This document shows, in pieces, positions 37,404 to 47,173 of a stretch of DNA of 64,000 nucleotides. Below the pieces are notes generated by a model. It searched no databases and was not told the origin of the DNA. It was given only the letters and a program-made list of their open reading frames with translations. The position numbers and the translations under genes were made by a program. The stretch's first letter is position 1, and the number at the start of each line of letters is the position of its first letter. Source of the stretch: Candidatus Undinarchaeales archaeon (GTDB lineage Archaea > Undinarchaeota > Undinarchaeia > Undinarchaeales > JALTGF01); assembly GCA_046483005.1 (NCBI GenBank), contig JAWOEA010000004.1:23323-87322 (forward strand), given 5' to 3'.

Positions 37404-37999
37404 AGTAAATTCATGAAAAAGTTTAGAATTTTATAACCGAAAAGAGTTATTATAAAATAATTGATTATAAACTCAAGAGTATGATTTATAACTAATTTTG
37501 GAAGTGGGACAGGGGCCGTTTTCAGGGCTATAATTGTATCGCCTATGAACCATACGACAAGTGTAAATAATGCTGCAAATACGAATTCTGATTGAGATAT
37601 TCCTAAGCCGTAGAGAGAAAAGAAAAACCTTGCTGTTAAAGCTGTTCCCGTTAAAACAATTGAATGGACAAAAGCGCCGCTTCCTTCATCCGGTCTTATT
37701 TTGACTACTATCAAAAGCGCAGTGTACAGAAGAGGGAGAACAAAAAACAAATCAAAAAGATATGCATAAATAAAAGTGAATAAATAGAAAACCTCAAGCC
37801 CCATCTTCCAGGAATCCGGAAGCCTCATTAAAATAAAAAAACCAAGTGAAAGGAACCAAATTGCTAAAATTTTGAAAAACTGAGCAACATAGAAAATACC
37901 TACGAAGGTTGCAAGTAATAAAACTGCAAATCCGGCTACTAATAGAAATAAATTGTTTTTTGATTTAAAAAAATTTGAGAAAATAGTTTTAGTATTCAT
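37400..37999 (-). CDS. polytopic membrane protein, tandem paralog B
   Basis: It reads DSWKMG ... FTFIYAYLF ... VKIRPDEGSGAFVHSIVLTG. It overlaps paralog A by 4 nt. Confidence 0.45.
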   Translation of the reverse strand: MNTKTIFSNFFKSKNNLFLLVAGFAVLLLATFVGIFYVAQFFKILAIWFLSLGFFILMRLPDSWKMGLEVFYLFTFIYAYLFDLFFVLPLLYTALLIVVKIRPDEGSGAFVHSIVLTGTALTARFFFSLYGLGISQSEFVFAALFTLVVWFIGDTIIALKTAPVPLPKLVINHTLEFIINYFIITLFGYKILNFFMNLL

Positions 38000-38439
38000 C
38001 GTTCTTGTACTAATCTTTCAAGTTCAGAGTGTTCTTTTTCTAGGTTGTCAAGTTTTTGGTTAATTAAGGAGAGATATTGTACAACTCTGTCCGACTCTGT
38101 TTTTTGTAAATCTTCTTTTGACTGGATTTGATCAAGTTTGGTTTCAAGAATTTGAAGTCTTTCGCCCAGGTTTCTTAACGATCTGGATAAATCTTCTTTC
38201 GGTTCCGGTGCTTCTTTCGAAGATGGTTTTTCAAATGATTCCTCCTTTTCTTTAAATTCATTTGGTTCTTTTAACTTCTTTTCTGCTGGTGGGTTTGCCT
38301 TTTTTGAAGCTTCTTCTTTAGGAACTGGGTTTGGTCCCGATAAATCTTCTTCAAAATCATCATCTAAATCAGAAAAAGGATCTTCTTCCTCATCCGAAGT
38401 TCTTTTTAAAACTTTTTTTGCTATGTCCCTTATTCCCAT
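37996..38439 (-). CDS. acidic coiled-coil protein
   Basis: It has an E/K/D-rich N-terminus and a C-terminal heptad-pattern region. Confidence 0.35.
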   Translation of the reverse strand: MGIRDIAKKVLKRTSDEEEDPFSDLDDDFEEDLSGPNPVPKEEASKKANPPAEKKLKEPNEFKEKEESFEKPSSKEAPEPKEDLSRSLRNLGERLQILETKLDQIQSKEDLQKTESDRVVQYLSLINQKLDNLEKEHSELERLVQER

Positions 38440-38485
38440 ATATAGAAAAAGTGCTTAGAAGTATTTATGATTAATGGTAAAATAG

Positions 38486-38749
38486 TTACATTAAAAGAGT
38501 TGCAATATAAATTGAAAAGGAGCTGGAAATTATTGCAATAGCGCCCAGATTTAATTTTAAGGGAATGGGCTCTGCTTTTGATATGAAATATAATGAGAAA
38601 AGGGCTATAAACATGAAGAATAAAGGTGGCATTATCTTATTTGAAAAAAATATAAGCCAGCGGGGTAGTTTGTTATCCTCTACTGCTTTTCTGCTCTTCT
38701 TCTGTTTTTTTGTAGATTTTTTTCTTTTTTTGGCCATTAAACTCTGCAT
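38486..38749 (-). CDS. small membrane protein
   Basis: A Lys-rich N-terminus is followed by two TM helices. Confidence 0.3.
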   Translation of the reverse strand: MQSLMAKKRKKSTKKQKKSRKAVEDNKLPRWLIFFSNKIMPPLFFMFIALFSLYFISKAEPIPLKLNLGAIAIISSSFSIYIATLLM

Positions 38750-38787
38750 ATAAGTGCTTTCCAGGCTTAAAAATGTTTTGTGAGTGA

Positions 38788-39804
38788 TTAAACTACAATT
38801 TTTCCGTCTTTCAGTATAGTTTTTTCTTCGTCTTCTTTAGAAACTACAATCGTTGGGTTTTTGCAGATTACGTCCTGATGGGTTTTGGACTCGTTTTTAC
38901 CATCATACTCATTGTTTTTCCCTGTTGCTATATGACATGTTTTGAACGCTTTTTCTGCTATTGCCATTTCATCTACTATGTCTGCTTTTGAATTTATTCC
39001 AATGCCGAGCTCGCCGATTATTTTGGCCCATTTGTCGGTTTCCAGACTGTCGATATAATTTTTACAAACCTTGGAACTGTTTCCTTTGATATCTACTATT
39101 TTTCCTTTCTTAAAAGTAAGCACTATTGGTTTCTTGATAACCCCGAAACCAGTGGAACCGTCTATTATAAATTTACCTGAACCATACGTTTCAATCGGAC
39201 AGATGAACACTTCTCCACTTGGGACATTTTTAAAATCGCCTTGTTCTACTCTTCCAATAGATTCTATTGCTTTTCGGCCTTTTATCTTTAATTTTAAATC
39301 AGTTCCTTTTTTGGAAGTAATATGTGCATAGTCAGCCCAGTTTAATGTTTTCATAAGTGGCTCTGCTCTTTTATGCATATCTGTTAGCGGTTCAGATAAA
39401 ACAGAAAGATATTTTTTCTTGAAACCTGGCATATGTCCTACTCTAAATGGATTTGGGTCTGCCAGGAGGTTTTTTAGAATTAATTCTACTCTGAAAGGAG
39501 TTTCATCCCCTCCTATTTCTTCAGGGTTTGTTTGAAAAACGGTGAAGGCTGCTGCTTTATCTGTTCTGCCTTTAATTAAGTCAATTAAGGATTTTAAATT
39601 TTCAGGGACTTTTTTAAGAGGTCGGTCTTCTTTAGGTAGAAAGAATAAATGAGGATTTGCTGAAATTTTTTCGCTTGCGCTTTCCAATGCCTTTGCAATA
39701 TCTTTACTTTTTTCGTCAGTAATTATTAAAACATCTTGTCCTTTCTTTATATTAAGACATTGTTTTACCGCAACATCTGCTCCTTTTTTTAAACTAGTAT
39801 TCAT
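38788..39804 (-). CDS. aminopeptidase, probably M29 (AmpS/PepS-like)
   Basis: The N-terminus ...LNIKKGQDVLIITDE resembles the M29 EKGQEV start, and the length is about 340 aa. The start is placed at MNTSL. Confidence 0.45.
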   Translation of the reverse strand: MNTSLKKGADVAVKQCLNIKKGQDVLIITDEKSKDIAKALESASEKISANPHLFFLPKEDRPLKKVPENLKSLIDLIKGRTDKAAAFTVFQTNPEEIGGDETPFRVELILKNLLADPNPFRVGHMPGFKKKYLSVLSEPLTDMHKRAEPLMKTLNWADYAHITSKKGTDLKLKIKGRKAIESIGRVEQGDFKNVPSGEVFICPIETYGSGKFIIDGSTGFGVIKKPIVLTFKKGKIVDIKGNSSKVCKNYIDSLETDKWAKIIGELGIGINSKADIVDEMAIAEKAFKTCHIATGKNNEYDGKNESKTHQDVICKNPTIVVSKEDEEKTILKDGKIVV

Positions 39805-39817
39805 AACACATATATTC

Positions 39818-42088
39818 TTGGTACAATATTTATATTCTATGGAAAGTGTAAACCACAAATACCTTAAAGACGGAGCAATTGAATCTCGGATATATCAGGA
39901 GACTATTCTGGGGACTGCTTTGAAGAAGAATACTTTAGTGGTCTTGCCTACCGGTCTTGGAAAGACATTTGTTGCTGCAATGCTTGCAGCCAAAAGAGTT
40001 GAGGAAAATCCGAGATATAAGGTTCTGTTTCTGGCTCCGACTAAACCATTGGTTGTCCAGCACTGCGAAACATGGAAAGATGTTTTTGAAATTGAAAACG
40101 ATGAATTTCAGGTATTTACAGGAGAAACACCTCCTAAGAAAAGAGAAAAAACATACAAAGACCCGCAATTTATTTTTGCAACCCCTCAGGTTATTCAGAA
40201 TGACATACTTGCAGACAGGTATCCTTTAGATGAAACTTCTCTTCTAATTGTTGATGAAGCTCATCGGGCTTCTGGAAATTATCCTTATGGATTTATTGCC
40301 AAAAAATTTGTTGAGCAGGCAACTGAGCCGAGAATTCTTGGTTTGACTGCTTCGCCTGGTTCAAGTAAAGGAGATATTGAAAGAGTCTGCAACGAACTCT
40401 ATATTGAAGATATTGAAAGCAGGAGCAGAGAAAATGAAGAAGTTAAGAAATATATCAAGAAAAGAGAATTTAACTGGGTAAAAGTTGAGCTTCCAAAAGA
40501 CTTTGTCAGAATTAAATCGCTTCTTGAAGCAGTTATGAAGGATCATCTGAGATTTTTGAAGCAGGGAGAGATTATTAAAAGCTCTGCCATTGGAAAAATT
40601 AGAAAGAAAAAAATGCTGAAGCTTCAGTCTGAGCTGGTTAGGAAAGCCCAAAATAATTCTGATTTTTATAAATACATAAGTGCGGTTGCTGCTGTTTTGA
40701 AAATACATCATGCTTTGGAGCTTCTTGAAACGCAGGGAGTTAAACCACTCTGTAAATATTTCAAAAAACTGGACAGAGATAAAAGCAAGGCAGCAGGTAA
40801 TATTTTAAACAATCATGATTTCGGTAAAGCCAGAAGGATTGCTGAAACTTTAAAAGAAAAGAAAATTGAGCATCCGAAGGTAGATAAAATGCTTGAGCTT
40901 GTTGAATCTGTAGACAGAGCGATTGTTTTTGCTAACTACAGGTCTTCTGTTGATACTATAATTAAGAGATTAGAAAAGGCAGGAATTAAGGCCATTCGTC
41001 TGGTCGGGCAGGCGAAGGGAGGTGAAGACGGTTTGACACAGAAAGAACAGGTTAAAAGATTGGATGATTTTAGAAACGGAAAATATGACGTTCTTGTTGC
41101 AACCAGTATTGGAGAAGAGGGGCTGGACATTCCGGAAGTTGATTTGGTCGTATTTTATGAGCCCGTTCCTTCTGCAATTAGAAGTATTCAGAGGGCAGGA
41201 AGAACAGCAAGGCACAGTCCTGGAGCTGTTAAAGTTTTAATGACAAAAGGTACCAGAGACGAGGCTTATTACTGGGCTTCTTTTTACAGAGAAAGAAACA
41301 TGGAAAAGGCGTTGAAAAAAATTAATCTAGGTAAGGTTCAGAGAACTTTGGATAAATTTTCAGGAAATAAAAAGAAGAAGAGTAAAAAGGAAAAAAATAA
41401 AGATAACTCAAAAGAAAGTGCATTTGAGAAAAAAGACAAAGATGAAAAATTAGTTGTTTTTGCAGATACTAGAGAATCCGGATCCGGTATTTTAAGGGAG
41501 CTTAATGAGAATGGACTTGAAATTAGGATTAAGCAGCTTGATGTTGCTGATTTTCAAATTTCTGACAGAGTGGCAGTTGAAAGAAAAACTACAAGAGATT
41601 TTGTTAAATCTTTGGTTGACGGCAGGCTGTTTAAACAGGCCCCTAGCTTTTCTGAAATGTTTGAGAAACCGTTGATTATTGTTGAAGGAGAGGAACTTTA
41701 CAATCATGGAAAAATACACCCAAATTCAATCCGGGGAGCCCTTTCGTCCCTTGTTTTGGATTTTGGCCTTCCTATAATTTATACAAAAGATATGAAGGAA
41801 ACTGCCTCGTTTATTGAACTTTTGGCGAAAAGGGAGCAGTTGGATGAGAAAAGAGAAGTTGTTTTAAGGAGCGGCAAGCGGCCCAAAACAAAAGAGGAGA
41901 TGAAGCAATATATTGTTGAATCACTACCGAATGTTGGTCCTAGGATGGCTAAAAAATTATTGAAAAATTTTGGATCAGTAAAGGAAATATTTAATGCTTC
42001 TGAAACTCAGCTGAAAAAAATAGATAATGTAGGAGATAAAAAAGCAGGGAGAATTAAAAAAGTTATTGAGGAAAAATATGAAGAATAA
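39818..42088 (+). CDS. hef: Hef: helicase-associated endonuclease for fork-structured DNA (SF2 helicase plus ERCC4 nuclease plus HhH2)
   Basis: The helicase motifs PTGLGKT and DEAH are present. The C-terminal ERCC4 motif reads ADTRESGSG...VERKTTRDF, followed by a helix-hairpin-helix tail. A Lys-rich linker lies between the domains. Confidence 0.85.
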   Translation: MVQYLYSMESVNHKYLKDGAIESRIYQETILGTALKKNTLVVLPTGLGKTFVAAMLAAKRVEENPRYKVLFLAPTKPLVVQHCETWKDVFEIENDEFQVFTGETPPKKREKTYKDPQFIFATPQVIQNDILADRYPLDETSLLIVDEAHRASGNYPYGFIAKKFVEQATEPRILGLTASPGSSKGDIERVCNELYIEDIESRSRENEEVKKYIKKREFNWVKVELPKDFVRIKSLLEAVMKDHLRFLKQGEIIKSSAIGKIRKKKMLKLQSELVRKAQNNSDFYKYISAVAAVLKIHHALELLETQGVKPLCKYFKKLDRDKSKAAGNILNNHDFGKARRIAETLKEKKIEHPKVDKMLELVESVDRAIVFANYRSSVDTIIKRLEKAGIKAIRLVGQAKGGEDGLTQKEQVKRLDDFRNGKYDVLVATSIGEEGLDIPEVDLVVFYEPVPSAIRSIQRAGRTARHSPGAVKVLMTKGTRDEAYYWASFYRERNMEKALKKINLGKVQRTLDKFSGNKKKKSKKEKNKDNSKESAFEKKDKDEKLVVFADTRESGSGILRELNENGLEIRIKQLDVADFQISDRVAVERKTTRDFVKSLVDGRLFKQAPSFSEMFEKPLIIVEGEELYNHGKIHPNSIRGALSSLVLDFGLPIIYTKDMKETASFIELLAKREQLDEKREVVLRSGKRPKTKEEMKQYIVESLPNVGPRMAKKLLKNFGSVKEIFNASETQLKKIDNVGDKKAGRIKKVIEEKYEE

Positions 42089-42857
42089 AACATTTTATGA
42101 TTTAGTCAGGACACCGGGAACCCTTTCAAAGGTAATTCTTTCAATGCCATTAAAAAAAATTATTGAAAAGGGAGTATGGTATGGAAGGTGTGTGTTTGAA
42201 AGTATTGCAAGAATGGAACTCGCAGTATCTTTTCATTTAGAAAATGAAAAAGGTGAGAGTGGACTTCTTTCCTCCAGTGGTAAAGGCGCCTGGAGTCTTG
42301 AAGTTGTGAAGGATGGAAAAAGCCCTATAAGCGATACTTCTCCTATTTGCTGCGTTTATAATGAAAAATTAAAAAAATTGATTAGAAAACCTATTGATAA
42401 CCATGTGTTTTCAAGTAGTGAAATTAAAGAGTTTGTTAAAGAATATGGAACAAAAATAAATAAAATTAAAATTCCCAGAAAAAAGATAGATTATATTTGT
42501 AAAGAAAAAGGAATTGATTTTTCAAGAGAAATAAAAGGATATCCGATTGGCGCCCGACGGGATTTTTTTAAAAATAAAGGCAAAGAGAAAACATTCAATG
42601 AATATATGTTTACTCTTGCTGCTTTAGAGAATCTTGTAGAAGTTGATAATGAATATGGAATCAGAGGGTATTTTATGGATAAAAATAGAAGCGTTGGAAT
42701 AATTAAAAGAATTCCTCCAAAGCTTGTAGAAGCAGTTGCAAAAAGAGAATATACTGAACAGGAAGATAAGCTAATTGAAGAGTATGAAAAGAGATTAGAT
42801 ATTGGTTTTTATGAATTTGATGAAAATAAAAATGAATTTGTTTTGAAAAATAGTTAG
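42066..42857 (+). CDS. hypothetical protein
   Basis: 263 aa with no motif. Confidence 0.4.
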   Translation: MRKNMKNKTFYDLVRTPGTLSKVILSMPLKKIIEKGVWYGRCVFESIARMELAVSFHLENEKGESGLLSSSGKGAWSLEVVKDGKSPISDTSPICCVYNEKLKKLIRKPIDNHVFSSSEIKEFVKEYGTKINKIKIPRKKIDYICKEKGIDFSREIKGYPIGARRDFFKNKGKEKTFNEYMFTLAALENLVEVDNEYGIRGYFMDKNRSVGIIKRIPPKLVEAVAKREYTEQEDKLIEEYEKRLDIGFYEFDENKNEFVLKNS

Positions 42858-43270
42858 CTGACCAAAACCTCTTTTCTGAAACTTGTAAAATCCTCATAAA
42901 TTTTATCAAGCTGCTTAATTGCCTGTTCTTTTAATTTACCAGGAACTACTCCTGAAGGGAGGACTTCCCATTTTACTAAACTTGGAGGAGGTTCATCTGC
43001 TTTCATTGAGAGTTCTATTAAAACTTCATAGGTAAACCAGGCCTCATTAATAAAATCTCTTGCATCTGCAGTAATTTGTTTTGCTTTATTTGGATGTTCT
43101 CTTGCTTCTCTTATATACATATTTTCAAAATTAGAAATCCATTGTTTAAGCTCTGCTGCTTGTTGATGAATTACTGTGGCATCAACTGCTCCGGTTGTTG
43201 GGTCGATTGCAGATTTACATACTCTCCGTATAGATCTTAGTTTTGATTCGAGTTCTCTTATTAGTGCCAT
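42854..43270 (-). CDS. hypothetical protein
   Basis: 138 aa. Confidence 0.35.
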   Translation of the reverse strand: MALIRELESKLRSIRRVCKSAIDPTTGAVDATVIHQQAAELKQWISNFENMYIREAREHPNKAKQITADARDFINEAWFTYEVLIELSMKADEPPPSLVKWEVLPSGVVPGKLKEQAIKQLDKIYEDFTSFRKEVLVS

Positions 43271-43383
43271 ACTGAAAGAGTGGTTTCTAAAATACTTAAA
43301 AGTGTTGGTTCAGGTTGACAAGGTATTTAAAGTGTAGTTAATTATTATCCATATAGATAAAAATTAAGGTAAATTTTGATAAA

Positions 43384-43917
43384 ATGGGAAGAGGGAGACC
43401 GCCAAACAGTCCAGTAAGAGACAGGATGCAGATGATTGTAGATGCACTTGGGGTTACTTATGGTTATGAAATTCATAAGGCATATGAAGAAATTTTTGAA
43501 CCAATTGAATTGAGGTCAATGTATTATCATTTAAAAAAGGGAGTTGAATTGAACCAGTTTGAAGAAGTTGGTGTTGAAAAAGTTAAAGGTCCATTTACAT
43601 GGGGGGATGTTAGTATAAGAAAATATTATATTTTAGGACCGGAAGCTGAAAAAAGAGCAACTGCAGAAGTCCAAAAAGTAATTGAAAATGGTGATTTTGA
43701 AAGAAAGGAACCAAAAGATTTTGTTTCATGGGATAAAGTTATAAATGATTATAAAGAGAAATTAGAAAAAGAGATTAAAAAGAAAATGAAAGACAGCGAT
43801 GCAAAAGATTTACTAGACAACATTGATAAACTCCTTTCCTGGCTGGAAGTAAACTCTGACGAAGATGTAGAGAGTATTAAAAAGATCAGGAAAAAAGTAG
43901 AGAAAATACTTGAATGA
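43384..43917 (+). CDS. PadR-like winged-helix regulator with coiled-coil C-terminal extension
   Basis: TYGYEIHKAY...SMYYHLKKGVELNQFEE matches the PadR HGYEI...SLYPAL+RLE pattern. Confidence 0.45.
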   Translation: MGRGRPPNSPVRDRMQMIVDALGVTYGYEIHKAYEEIFEPIELRSMYYHLKKGVELNQFEEVGVEKVKGPFTWGDVSIRKYYILGPEAEKRATAEVQKVIENGDFERKEPKDFVSWDKVINDYKEKLEKEIKKKMKDSDAKDLLDNIDKLLSWLEVNSDEDVESIKKIRKKVEKILE

Positions 43918-43919
43918 AG

Positions 43920-44558
43920 ATTCAGAAACTAGTGAAACCCTCTGAGCCCTTTATTTCTATTGGAGATTAGAAAAATTGTCTCCATTTCCGAAAACTTTTG
44001 GAAAAATTTGAACTTTCTGAAATGAAAATATTGGATTTTTAGGTTTTTATGAAAAATCTCCACTTGAAATAATGGTGTGTTTTTAATATTTGTGAGGCGC
44101 AGGTTTTTGGTTTAGTTAGTTTTAGTAATACTATTTATTATTATTTATTATTATCTTTATGGAAAATATTTATTTATTATTTATTATCCATATAGAAAAT
44201 ATTTCACTTACAAACAAAACAACACACCCCTTTATTTCCCGTGGAGAACCCCTTTATTTCCTGTAGAGCTAAAAAGAAAGCCATTTTGGGCTTTAAATTC
44301 AAAATAAATAAATTTTTTAAAGTTTTTTACCAAACGAAACAGAATTTTGGACCTTTTAGACTCTCTCAACAAGACTCTAAAAGAAGAAAAAGCGCCCTTT
44401 TCCCAAACAAAGCCATCAAATCTATTTGTTCCACCTGAAATGAAGGGGGTGTGGGTTCCAAAAGTACTTATTTTGACAAATAAATATATAAACCAGTATT
44501 TCCTATGCAAAAAAGCAGTTAAAAAGTTGATCTTTTTTCTGCAGTGGGGTAAAAATTA
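43920..44558. other. oriC: chromosomal replication origin (oriC): ORB elements with G-strings flanking an AT-rich duplex-unwinding element, immediately upstream of orc1/cdc6
   Basis: ORB-like ctccacttgaaataatggtgtg (44058-80, +), ttccacctgaaatgaagggggtgtggg (44429-55, +), cacacccctttatttcccgtggag (44223-46, reverse complement = ctccacgggaaataaaggggtgtg) and aacccctttatttcctgtagag (44248-69, reverse). The DUE at 44120-44205 is made of (tatttattat)n. A weaker ORB lies at 43980. Confidence 0.7.
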
Positions 44559-45752
44559 ATGGCACAAAAGAAATTAGATGATCTATTCGACAACTTCCTA
44601 AATAAACAATCTCTTTTTAAGAATAAAAGGACTCTACAAGATGTTTATACACCTGAAACAGTTCCTCACCGCGAAGATCAAATTAAACAACTTGCTTCTA
44701 TACTCGTTTCAGCTTTAAGGGGTGAAAAACCTTCAAATGTTTTCGTTTATGGTAAAACCGGAACTGGTAAAACACTAGTTTCAAAATATGTAGCCAAAGA
44801 GCTTGAAACTCGTTCAAAAAGAGAACAAAGAAAACTTAAAGCAAGCTACCTTAATTGCAAAATGGAGAAAGTAAATACTTCATATCGACTGCTTGCTCAT
44901 TTTATTAATGAATTAGGTGAAGATGTCCCTGCAACCGGACTTCCTACAGACCAGGTTTATAAAAAATTCCTTAAAACAATTGATTCCGAAGGAGGGGTCC
45001 ATATTTTAATACTCGATGAGATAGAATCCCTTACTGATTCAAATATTCTCTATGATTTAACAAGAATCAACACTGAATTAGAAAATGCAACAATTACTAT
45101 TGTAGGGATTACAAATGATTTGTCTTTTACTGATGATCTAGATTCAAGAATAAAATCAAGTTTGTCAGAAGAGGAACTTGTTTTCCCTCCATATAATGCA
45201 ATACAACTTCAAGATATTCTTTCTCAGAGAGCAAACACTGCATTAGAAAACGGATGTCTGGAATCTGGAACAATTGAAAAATGTGCTGCACTTGCAGCTT
45301 TGGAACACGGTGATGCTAGAAGAGCTCTTGATTTGTTAAGAGTTGCCTGTGAACTTGCAGAACGGGAGAGTGAAGATTCAGTGACAATCAGGCATGTTGA
45401 GCTGGCACAAAAGAAACTTGATATTGATCGGATTGTTGAAGTGGTCAAAACTCTGCCTAAGCAATCTCAAATTGTTTTAAACAGTATAATTTATTTAAAA
45501 GACCTGAATAAAGAAGAAGTAGCAACAGGAGATGTATTTGAAGTTTATAAAAATTTCTGCAAACAACTTGGAAACTCACCTTTAACTCAAAGAAGAGTAT
45601 CTGATTTAATTTCTGAACTAGATATGCTTGGTTTAATCAACGCGACAATTATTTCAAAAGGAAGGTATGGAAGAACGAGAAAAATAAAGCTGGATATGTC
45701 TGAAAAAGCACTGGAAGACAGCAAGGAAATTCTTAAACAGGAATTATTATGA
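44559..45752 (+). CDS. orc1: Orc1/Cdc6 replication initiator (AAA+ plus winged helix)
   Basis: It has the Walker A VYGKTGTGKT and Walker B LILDEIE motifs and a C-terminal wH. Confidence 0.9.
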   Translation: MAQKKLDDLFDNFLNKQSLFKNKRTLQDVYTPETVPHREDQIKQLASILVSALRGEKPSNVFVYGKTGTGKTLVSKYVAKELETRSKREQRKLKASYLNCKMEKVNTSYRLLAHFINELGEDVPATGLPTDQVYKKFLKTIDSEGGVHILILDEIESLTDSNILYDLTRINTELENATITIVGITNDLSFTDDLDSRIKSSLSEEELVFPPYNAIQLQDILSQRANTALENGCLESGTIEKCAALAALEHGDARRALDLLRVACELAERESEDSVTIRHVELAQKKLDIDRIVEVVKTLPKQSQIVLNSIIYLKDLNKEEVATGDVFEVYKNFCKQLGNSPLTQRRVSDLISELDMLGLINATIISKGRYGRTRKIKLDMSEKALEDSKEILKQELL

Positions 45753-47173
45753 CAGAAAATACCGCTCCAAAAATAATGAATCTTTTTTTGGAGAATAACA
45801 TTCAACTCTCCAGAGATGCTTTAGATGAAATTCTCAAAAACGAAGAGCCTTTTTCTTATTCAGAAGATTTACTTAAAACATCAAAAAGAGAGGGCAGGCT
45901 GTTCATTAATCTTGAACAATTAAAAAAAGGAATAATTAAACCAGTAATTGAAGTAATAAAAAATTTCGATCAAACATATAAAATTTCTGACGTTCAGGAT
46001 ATGTCTGCATATTTCCAAGCAAGACTCAATTATTTTAAGAACAATCTTCAAAAACGCCTGCAATCAGTTGTTTCAATAAACAATGCAAAAAGAGCAGGCA
46101 GGGAAGAAATAAGTTTAATTGCAATTGTTTCCGGGAAAAGAACCACGAAAAGTGGAAATGTGATGTTTAGTCTTGAAGACTTTTCAGGAGAAATGAGAGC
46201 AATTGCAACAAAAGAGAAGCTAATTAAGGAAGCCGATAAAATTGTAAATGATGATGTTTTGGGGTTTACAGGGAACATGAGTAATGGTATATTCTTCATA
46301 AATGAGTTTACATGGCCAGATATGCCTATCCATAATAATCAAAAAACCAAAGGAGATGATGCAACTGCAGCATTTATTTCTGATGTTCATATTGGAAGCA
46401 GGGAATTTGAGGCTAAAAAATTTCAGAAAATGATTGACTGGATCAACGGCGATCTAGATTCTCATACAGAGCTTCACCCACATCTTTCTGAAAAGCTCAA
46501 ATATATTTTCATAGCCGGAGATCTTGTTGACGGTGTTGGCGTTTATCCAGGACAGGAAGACGATCTTATAATTAAAGATATTTATAAACAATATAAAGAA
46601 GCAGCGAAAATTTTAGAGCAAATTCCTGAAAGAATAAAAATAGTGATTTCTCCAGGAAACCACGACTATGTGCGGTTAGCCCAGCCTCAGCCTCCTGTGT
46701 CAAAAGAAACAGCTCCGGATTTGTATGACCTGCCGAATGTTGATATGATAAGCAACCCTGGATTGATTAAGGCAGGAAGTGGTTCTGAGAGCACTAACAT
46801 TTTAATTTATCATGGGACCAGCATAGATAAAATGGTAATGTCTGATCCAAATTTGAAGGACGGCTACAAAAAACCCGGAAAAGTAATGGCGGCATTAATG
46901 AAAAGAAGACACTTATGTCCTCTTTTTGAAGGCGATATAATGCCTCAGCCAAACCACGGCGACCCTTTAGTAATTCCTGAAGATATTGATGTCCTTCACA
47001 TGGGCCACGTCCATTCAAATGATATTGTAGATTACCGCGGAGTTACTTTAATTAATAGTGGGACCTGGCAGGCTAAAACAAGTTTTCAGGAATTTTTAGG
47101 ACATGAACCGACGCCAGCAAGACTACCTCTTTTAAATTTAAAAACAAACCAAATTACTTTAACACAATTCTAA
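45749..47173 (+). CDS. polB2: DNA polymerase II (PolD) small subunit DP1
   Basis: It has an OB domain plus a calcineurin-like phosphoesterase domain (FISDVHIG, GNHD). It lies next to DP2. Confidence 0.85.
   Translation: MTENTAPKIMNLFLENNIQLSRDALDEILKNEEPFSYSEDLLKTSKREGRLFINLEQLKKGIIKPVIEVIKNFDQTYKISDVQDMSAYFQARLNYFKNNLQKRLQSVVSINNAKRAGREEISLIAIVSGKRTTKSGNVMFSLEDFSGEMRAIATKEKLIKEADKIVNDDVLGFTGNMSNGIFFINEFTWPDMPIHNNQKTKGDDATAAFISDVHIGSREFEAKKFQKMIDWINGDLDSHTELHPHLSEKLKYIFIAGDLVDGVGVYPGQEDDLIIKDIYKQYKEAAKILEQIPERIKIVISPGNHDYVRLAQPQPPVSKETAPDLYDLPNVDMISNPGLIKAGSGSESTNILIYHGTSIDKMVMSDPNLKDGYKKPGKVMAALMKRRHLCPLFEGDIMPQPNHGDPLVIPEDIDVLHMGHVHSNDIVDYRGVTLINSGTWQAKTSFQEFLGHEPTPARLPLLNLKTNQITLTQF

Noticed and set aside
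44091-44097. tgtgagg heptamer inside the origin, matching the cassette-array motif
   Set aside because: A single 7-mer occurrence is expected by chance in 64 kb. It is not treated as related.
44241-44559. Two small ORFs (44241..44438, 44347..44559) directly upstream of orc1
   Set aside because: They fall inside the ORB/DUE origin region, and their sequence is better explained as ORB elements and AT-rich repeats.
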